Shown: piece by piece, positions 57,834 to 64,000 of the stretch
Position numbering within the stretch: position 1 is the stretch's first letter
Layout: each line of letters opens with the position of its first letter
Translations under genes and position numbers: made by a program
The notes under the pieces: generated by a model
What the model was told of the DNA's origin: nothing
Database searches by the model: none
What the model saw: only the letters and a program-made list of their open reading frames with translations
Source: Bdellovibrionales bacterium RIFOXYD12_FULL_39_22
Lineage (GTDB): Bacteria; Bdellovibrionota; Bacteriovoracia; Bacteriovoracales; Bacteriovoracaceae
NCBI GenBank assembly: GCA_001770205.1
Contig: MEQL01000044.1
Span: 1-64,000 of the forward strand
Length of the DNA stretch: 64,000 nt
Direction: 5' to 3'

Positions 57834-58691
57834 TCATTTAGTTACAAAGGTATTGGCCAGTAAACTAAACATTCGTTCATTGGCCATATTGTTAAAAAAT
57901 TGAGAGCGATAAAACCAGTTAAGTTCAAGTAGTAGGCCATTTTTGCTTTGGTAGTCAGAGATACGGCCGATTTCATAATCACAAAGAAGTTCAAGGATTA
58001 GTTGTTGTATTTCTGCTTTCTCTTTTACCGCCTCCAAAAGAGGGGCCATTTTTTTATAGTTTTTTAGATAATCCAAAAGAGGGGCCCGAACTTTTTCTGA
58101 AAGGAGTTTATATTTTGGAAGGGATAATAATTTTTCTATTTGTGTTGCTGGATTTTCTACTTGAAGGGAAGGAAGCGCCATTTTTTCTTTTGAAAGCTGG
58201 CCGGGAATTAATAATTTGATGGCCCTACTTTCGATTGTTGGCAGCAGGGGGCGCATAGTAGGATTTATAAAAAAAATAGAAGACATCTCGCCCGGCCTTT
58301 CTAGCACCTTCAACAATTTATTCGCGATAGATTTATTTATCAAATGAGCATCAAAAAGGATGATGAAGCGATAATTTAATTCGGTAGGGCGAAAATTTTG
58401 GAATTTGAATATTTCTCCAAAGCTGTAATCGTTTTGGTTATATTCTTTGTCCTCGGAATTTTTTTTAAACATCAAAATATCTTGATGGCCAGCGGCCAGA
58501 AGGTTGGAGGCGGCCTGCGATGAGATTTTTTTATTTTCCGCAATAATGCTGGTAAGGAGATTATTAATCCATTGATCAAGTACGGTGGCGATATTTTCGC
58601 CATATTGTTGCATAGAATTTAAAATATAAAAATTGGCCAATCTCTTGGAATAGTATTTTTGCACTATTATTTCGTAGATATTTGGTTTCAT
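57834..58691 (-). CDS. holB: Degenerate DNA polymerase III delta-prime-like protein
   Basis: HQDI, DAHLI, ANKLLKVLERP and LLPTIESR; tmk-holB-ricT synteny; no Walker A or Zn finger. Confidence 0.6.
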   Translation of the reverse strand: MKPNIYEIIVQKYYSKRLANFYILNSMQQYGENIATVLDQWINNLLTSIIAENKKISSQAASNLLAAGHQDILMFKKNSEDKEYNQNDYSFGEIFKFQNFRPTELNYRFIILFDAHLINKSIANKLLKVLERPGEMSSIFFINPTMRPLLPTIESRAIKLLIPGQLSKEKMALPSLQVENPATQIEKLLSLPKYKLLSEKVRAPLLDYLKNYKKMAPLLEAVKEKAEIQQLILELLCDYEIGRISDYQSKNGLLLELNWFYRSQFFNNMANERMFSLLANTFVTK

Positions 58692-59398
58692 AATTTATGA
58701 GGCCAGTTAATATGTTGCAGATGTTTAATTATTTGTCCAAATACCAAAGAAACCTCTTGTTCTCCATCAATTGTTTTGATTCTTTGGGGGAAAAGTTGGG
58801 CCGCCTGCTCATACCCTTCAATTATCTTTTTATAAAAATCTACCTTCTCGGCCTCGAAGTAATCTTTTTTGCTATTACGTAGTTCCTGACGTCGAAAGGA
58901 TGTTTCTAAATTTATTTTTACATAGAAAGTAAAATGGGGAAGAACATTCAAGGGCGGATATTTATGGATATCCAAAATGGTGGCAACTCCCAAATTTCTG
59001 GCCACTCCCTGATAGGATATGGAGCTATCTATGAAACGGTCACAGATTACAATCTGTCGATCTTGCGACAAGAGGGGAAGAATTTTTTCCGCCAGAAGTT
59101 GAGCGCGAGAAGAGGCAAATAAATAGGCCTCGGCAATAGGGGGAATAGGAAATTGAGAAGATAAAATTGCCTGACGCAGTTGTTCTCCAAAAATAGTTCC
59201 CCCAGGTTCGCGAACAATGGTTACGGCAAATCCTTTTTTTAAAAAGTAATCCTTAAGGCCGGTGATGTGAGTAGATTTTCCGCAGGCCTCAATTCCTTCT
59301 AGGGAGATAAAATGGGATGTGGGGTTTTTGGTTTCTGTAAAATGTTGCAAAATTTCCATACTACTTTTTAGCACAGATAATTTAGGATGGGCAATCAA
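58688..59398 (-). CDS. tmk: Thymidylate kinase
   Basis: FISLEGIEACGKST, REPGGT, LFASSRAQ and CDRFIDSSISYQG. Confidence 0.93.
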   Translation of the reverse strand: MIAHPKLSVLKSSMEILQHFTETKNPTSHFISLEGIEACGKSTHITGLKDYFLKKGFAVTIVREPGGTIFGEQLRQAILSSQFPIPPIAEAYLFASSRAQLLAEKILPLLSQDRQIVICDRFIDSSISYQGVARNLGVATILDIHKYPPLNVLPHFTFYVKINLETSFRRQELRNSKKDYFEAEKVDFYKKIIEGYEQAAQLFPQRIKTIDGEQEVSLVFGQIIKHLQHINWPHKL

Positions 59399-59401
59399 AG
59401 A

Positions 59402-60700
59402 TCAGAGGCCCTCTTCTTCTTCATCAAAAAGATCTTGTTCGGTAGAAGTTGGGTCGTCTAAATTGATGGGTTCTGGCCGCAATAACTTGGCGTTAGGATC
59501 ATCGCTGTTTTCCTCCGGAGCACTTTCACTTTCACTGGGTTCTTCACTGTAGTTGTTGATTGGTTGAAGCTCTTCAGCGGGCATGCCATTATCTGCTAGG
59601 TCTGGCCCCTCAGGCATGGCCGGGTCATCAACCATTCCGGCCTCACCAACATCTTTAGAATGGTTGGTGGGATCATCACGAAGTTTTTTGCTTGAGCGGT
59701 AGGCCTTAGATTTGCTAAATGGAGTTTGACCGCGTGTTGGCCGACGAGTCACCACTTTTCGAGCACGGCCATTGGATTTTGTTGGTAGAGGAGAAACTTG
59801 ATTGCTGCTAGGAGATTCTAAGGCCTCAACATTTGAATTCATGGAGTCATTGGCCTCTTGATTAGGACGATAGACGTTACCACTGTTGCTAGATTTTCTG
59901 GTTGAGAGGACATCTTTTTTAGGTGCTTGCGTCGCATAAATGGCCAGTAAAATAAAGGAGCCTAAAATTACCAGCGAAAGCGCTAAATATGAAGAGAACT
60001 CTTTTTTAGGAGAGATTATGGGCCCTAAGCTAGTTTCTTCTTCAGTAACTTTATGATTTGTGCGCTCTTCACTTTTTTGAGGAGTGCTTTTTCTTGTCAC
60101 TTCATCTTTGCTGCTTTTATTCCCAAGAACTACGAGTCCAGCAATGGCATCGCTAGTATCATCGATGCGATGCATGGCCTGGGTGTCTTCATCGTATTGT
60201 GTGTCCGTTGAGGTTGATTGCGGAATGGAGGGAAGTTCATTGGCACTTTCTCCTCCGCGACGATCCAATTCTTTAATTTGAAAAATTTTAACCCATTTAT
60301 TGGAGTCGTTTACGCTAATGAGATCGGTATATAGTAACTTTTGAGCTTGCAGGCGGTCTAAAATATCGTAGTAATTAAATGGCCCCTTTTTTTGGCCATG
60401 TTCGAGTAAGTAGAAATTGGCCTTGGACATTGTAGTGCTTGGCAGTTCGATAGTCGCCGAAAAAGTCATGGATTGTTTTTTCTTTAACGCTGCGTTAGAG
60501 GCCAAGGCCCCCCACTCTGTTGATCCATAAGTTCGCATAAGAACTTGTGTTGGTATGGTATGACTAATTCGATAATCTAGGATGTCATCAAGTAAAAATA
60601 ACCCTAAACTTTTTCCCTCGTGTTGGAGCTCCACAATATCTTTGCGGCCAGCAAGCTCTTGAGGGTTGACATTTTTTAGAGCAATATCTTTTAGATCCAT
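59402..60700 (-). CDS. GYF_2 (DUF4339)-domain bitopic membrane protein
   Basis: FYLLEHGQKKGPF...W..I..IKEL motif; one transmembrane helix; acidic disordered C-terminus. Confidence 0.65.
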   Translation of the reverse strand: MDLKDIALKNVNPQELAGRKDIVELQHEGKSLGLFLLDDILDYRISHTIPTQVLMRTYGSTEWGALASNAALKKKQSMTFSATIELPSTTMSKANFYLLEHGQKKGPFNYYDILDRLQAQKLLYTDLISVNDSNKWVKIFQIKELDRRGGESANELPSIPQSTSTDTQYDEDTQAMHRIDDTSDAIAGLVVLGNKSSKDEVTRKSTPQKSEERTNHKVTEEETSLGPIISPKKEFSSYLALSLVILGSFILLAIYATQAPKKDVLSTRKSSNSGNVYRPNQEANDSMNSNVEALESPSSNQVSPLPTKSNGRARKVVTRRPTRGQTPFSKSKAYRSSKKLRDDPTNHSKDVGEAGMVDDPAMPEGPDLADNGMPAEELQPINNYSEEPSESESAPEENSDDPNAKLLRPEPINLDDPTSTEQDLFDEEEEGL

Positions 60701-60856
60701 AGGTCAACTTCAGAGGTTAAAGGGTTAACTTTTAATACTCAATCTCTTGTTTATGTCTCTCTTTCGGTTAAAGTTAAAAAATTTATTAATCAAAATTACA
60801 CAGTTAGCAAGAAAAGAAAAAAAATTCCGCAACAATTGACCAACAAGGTTTGTTAG

Positions 60857-62521
60857 TTATTCATCATTGGCAGAAGAAAAATAGCGAACCATTTTAGTGA
60901 AAAAACTCTCTTTTTCATTGGCGCGTATTCTATCTAATCCAATGATTTTTCCATTCCGTCCATGTTGCGTACGTGCTTTTTTATTTCTTGGCCGTATGGG
61001 CCCGTTGATTTTTGAAGAAGAAAGTTCCTCCTTTTTTTGAGTGGAAGGAGAAGAGGAGGCCATCTCTTGGCCTAAATTGGCACTGTCGTTGAGCAAAGAG
61101 GTGGAAATGGTGTAGTCCGGGGATTGTAGTTTAAGGACCGGGACAATGATAACTTTTACGTCATTTAAATTTTCAATTTGCAGTAGATTGTCACGTAAAT
61201 CATTTAGGATGAAGGAGGCAACTTCGATGGGGGCCTCTACGCGAATAACTTCTTCATCGCGAGCAGTGGCCTTTTGGGCCACGACTCGTAAAATTGAGAT
61301 TGCTAGTGATTCCAGATCGCGAATATATCCCTGTCCATTACAGCGAGGACAGGTGGTGTGACTGGATTCGGCGAGAGAAGTTCCCAATCTTTGTCGAGAA
61401 ATTTCCATTAGTCCAAAAGGAGATATGTTGGAAATTTGAATACGAGCACGATCATCTTTAGATAAATCTCGAATAAGCTGCTGAACTTTGCGATTATGAT
61501 TGCCATCTTGCATGTCGATAAAATCAATTACAATCAGGCCTCCGATATCGCGAATTTTTATTTGACGAATAATTTCATAGCCGGCCTCGAGATTGGTTTT
61601 TAGGGCCGTATCTTCAATATTCCTACCTTGGTGAGAATGTTTCGAGTTTATATCAATGGTGGTCATTGCTTCGGTATGATCGATGACAATGGCGCCACCA
61701 GACTTGAGAGCGACTTCACGCTTAAAGGCAGATTCGATCTGCTCTTCGATTTTGTAGACGGTAAAAATTCCTTCGTTGTCTTCGTAGAGTTTAATTTTAT
61801 CCACATAGTGAGGCATGGTGCTTTTTACAAAATGGCGCGCTTCATGAAAAGTTTGCTTGTTATCTACGAGGACGGCATCTATGTCATCTTGCAAATAATC
61901 TCGTAATGCTCTAATTACCACATTGCTTTCTTTAAAAATTAATTTTGGCCGATTAGTTGCCTCTATTTGTTCTTGAATAGTTGACCAAAGATTTTTTAGA
62001 TAAGTTAGATCATTTTTTAAAATATCTAAATTGCGATCAATGCAAGAGGTGCGGACGATTAACCCACTACCTTCTGGAACATCTAACTGTTCGGTTATCT
62101 CTTTTAGACGACTTCGCTCTTCTCCTTGAATTTTTCGAGAGATGCCAATTTTATTATTGGAGATGGGCATGAAGACCAAATATTTTCCTGGTAATCCGAT
62201 ATTGGTAGTCAGATAAGCACCTTTGGTGCCGCGTTCATCTTTTTGTATTTGAATAACCAATTTCTGATGTGGCCTAACTTTTTCATTTGGATAGATGCGG
62301 CGAATATCATCAAGAGGTATGAAACCGCGCTTATCTTTGCCGTAGTCAACGAAGGCAGCATTAAGAGCATGGGCAATATTTTCAATTATTCCGATATAAA
62401 TGTTAGACTTGTTATCTTCGTTGTATCGTGACTCCATCTGAAAATCTACAAGATAGTTGTCGTTGACCATGGCCACTCGAATCTCTTCTTGCTGAGTGGC
62501 ATTTATTAAAATATGCTTCAT
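60857..62521 (-). CDS. rne: Ribonuclease E/G family endoribonuclease (short RNase E)
   Basis: ILINATQQEEIRVA, NIYIG, AAFVDYG, GISRKI, IDINS, RDIGGLIVIDFIDM, EISRQR and CPRCNGQG. Confidence 0.9.
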   Translation of the reverse strand: MKHILINATQQEEIRVAMVNDNYLVDFQMESRYNEDNKSNIYIGIIENIAHALNAAFVDYGKDKRGFIPLDDIRRIYPNEKVRPHQKLVIQIQKDERGTKGAYLTTNIGLPGKYLVFMPISNNKIGISRKIQGEERSRLKEITEQLDVPEGSGLIVRTSCIDRNLDILKNDLTYLKNLWSTIQEQIEATNRPKLIFKESNVVIRALRDYLQDDIDAVLVDNKQTFHEARHFVKSTMPHYVDKIKLYEDNEGIFTVYKIEEQIESAFKREVALKSGGAIVIDHTEAMTTIDINSKHSHQGRNIEDTALKTNLEAGYEIIRQIKIRDIGGLIVIDFIDMQDGNHNRKVQQLIRDLSKDDRARIQISNISPFGLMEISRQRLGTSLAESSHTTCPRCNGQGYIRDLESLAISILRVVAQKATARDEEVIRVEAPIEVASFILNDLRDNLLQIENLNDVKVIIVPVLKLQSPDYTISTSLLNDSANLGQEMASSSPSTQKKEELSSSKINGPIRPRNKKARTQHGRNGKIIGLDRIRANEKESFFTKMVRYFSSANDE

Positions 62522-62661
62522 AATTTTCCCGTTATCGTACTAATCTATTATCCTACTATTTTGTTTCTGCGTGGGATTTATCTCTTTTTTGTAGTACTCA
62601 GACCTTACCAGAATTGCCTTCATTTTACAAACAACCTTTATGAAGTTACATTATTATTAAT

Positions 62662-63153
62662 ATGCAAAACAAAAATAAACAAAAAAATAAAGATAGATCC
62701 ATTTTTGAAATTGTAGGTAAGCGTGAACGAGATATTCGCCAAACAATTGTTAATGCGGAGGCGATGAAGGATTTTGGAGATGTTTTTGGAAAAAAAATTT
62801 TAATTGTAGATGATGATCAAGCTTTCACTGATTTTGTCGTTCATAGTTTAAAAAGTTTTGGCCTTTTTGAAGTCAAGAGCGCCTCCGATGCGGGATGGGG
62901 AATTAAGAAATTTATTGATGAAGTCCCAGATCTTTTAATTATCGATATTTTTTTACCACAGACAGATGGACTAAAGTTGGCCAAGGCCATGTTGGCCCTT
63001 TATGAGAGAGAGTTTCCTATTTTATTTGTCTCGGCCAATAAAAGTTTTGGGCGAGAAATTGAAGAAAGTGGTTTTGCTGCTAAGTATAAGTTTTTGGCAA
63101 AACCAATTAATAAAGAGTTATTGAAAGAATATGTTACCGAACTCCTAAGATAG
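62662..63153 (+). CDS. Response regulator (REC only)
   Basis: ILIVDDD, PDLLIIDIFLP, FVSA and AKP motifs. Start uncertain. Confidence 0.85.
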   Translation: MQNKNKQKNKDRSIFEIVGKRERDIRQTIVNAEAMKDFGDVFGKKILIVDDDQAFTDFVVHSLKSFGLFEVKSASDAGWGIKKFIDEVPDLLIIDIFLPQTDGLKLAKAMLALYEREFPILFVSANKSFGREIEESGFAAKYKFLAKPINKELLKEYVTELLR

Positions 63154-63163
63154 TGAGTGTCTG

Positions 63164-63847
63164 ATGTCGATTAAAGGCCGTGATATTTTAATGATAGATG
63201 ATGATCCCTCTATCACCGCGCTTGTTGGAAAAGTGTTAGAAAATGTCGGTCTGCTTTTTCGAATTGCCACTGGATTAGAGCAAGCGTTCTATTCGCTCAG
63301 AGTACAGATCCCACATTTGATAATTTTAGATTTAATGTTAGGCAATGAAGAGAGTGGACTAACTTTTTTAGAAAGACGAAGATTAGATCCTCAATTAAAT
63401 GCTATTCCAGTTATAATTTTGAGTGCAGTGAAAGAAAAAAAAGTGGTTAATCGGGCACTATCTTATGAAGGGGTCGATTATTTACTAAAACCTCTGAATG
63501 CAAAGTTATTGCTACAACGAGTTCGTAAAAATTTATTAGGGGTGGCCGCCAAGCGAGTTGTTTTTGCTGATGAAGATCGGCCAGCGGTCTTGGCCCAAAT
63601 TGATGGACAAGTTGAATCAATCAATGAAGTATCTTGTACGGTATTGGCCGGTATGAAAATGCAAGTGGACGCACCAGTTAAGATTAAATCTAGTTTTTTT
63701 GAAAACTTTTTTGGTGATAATGTACAATTTATCACAATGGGGCAGAGTGAATTTGTTGAAGATGGGCAGTTTCGGGCCAGAATATTATTTCGTGGAATTA
63801 CTGAAGAACAGGCGAGGAAAATAAGGTTAGCAAAGTGGAAGAAGTAA
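63164..63847 (+). CDS. Response regulator with a C-terminal PilZ-like beta domain
   Basis: REC motifs (IDDD, LDLML, LSA, LKP), followed by VESINEVSC and F.GITEE. Confidence 0.7.
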   Translation: MSIKGRDILMIDDDPSITALVGKVLENVGLLFRIATGLEQAFYSLRVQIPHLIILDLMLGNEESGLTFLERRRLDPQLNAIPVIILSAVKEKKVVNRALSYEGVDYLLKPLNAKLLLQRVRKNLLGVAAKRVVFADEDRPAVLAQIDGQVESINEVSCTVLAGMKMQVDAPVKIKSSFFENFFGDNVQFITMGQSEFVEDGQFRARILFRGITEEQARKIRLAKWKK

Positions 63848-64000
63848 AGAGTGAAAAAATATTTATTATCTCCATTGATGATGATGTCGATTTTAATTTG
63901 TTATTATCAAATAGGTTAAAAAATCATGGGATTAAAATTATAACCACTTCTACGGCCATCGAATTTGCTGATACCTTAAAAAGTAATCCCACTCCTGATC
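63835..64000 (+). CDS. Response regulator, partial (runs off the window)
   Basis: Hand translation from GTG 63835: MEEVKSEKIFIISIDDDVDFNLLLSNRLKNHGIKIITTSTAIEFADTLKSNPTPD. Confidence 0.75.
   Translation, partial: MEEVKSEKIFIISIDDDVDFNLLLSNRLKNHGIKIITTSTAIEFADTLKSNPTPD

Noticed and set aside
55109..57863. Plus-strand ORFs antisense to the coiled-coil and ricT genes, and similar short antisense ORFs across the window
   Set aside because: They lie within well-supported opposite-strand genes and have no motifs or convincing SD.
60761..60790. Sigma28-like motif upstream of the GYF_2 gene
   Set aside because: ACCGAAAG is present but the spacing to the best -35 element is wrong.

Overview
AT-rich bacterial chromosomal window, probably Bdellovibrionota (Bacteriovoracia/Oligoflexia-like). 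This is inferred from a TIGR02147 regulator, FecR/TPR-barrel genes, many orphan secreted proteins and frequent GGCC; it is not proven. No rRNA, tRNA, CRISPR or mobile element was recognised. Contents in order: a truncated secreted Ig-like/Cys-repeat/Pro-repeat protein missed by the ORF track; a B12-dependent lysine-fermentation operon (kdd-kamB-kamC-kamD-kamE-kat-kce) that uses the rare acyl-CoA beta-transaminase variant and has no kamA or kal in the window; envelope and signalling genes; a GH13_8 branching enzyme; a maltodextrin operon; alaS; an in-frame fusion of tRNA 2-selenouridine synthase (MnmH/SelU) with a prolyl oligopeptidase; glutamate dehydrogenase followed by a 1650-aa protein with two PEP-synthase-like ATP-grasp modules, a GAF-like domain and a C-terminal nucleotidyltransferase; then ricT, holB, tmk, rne and response regulators. 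The best candidates for an undescribed system are the GDH-linked double-dikinase/nucleotidyltransferase locus and the MnmH-POP fusion. All family calls come from motif recognition by eye, with no database searches run.
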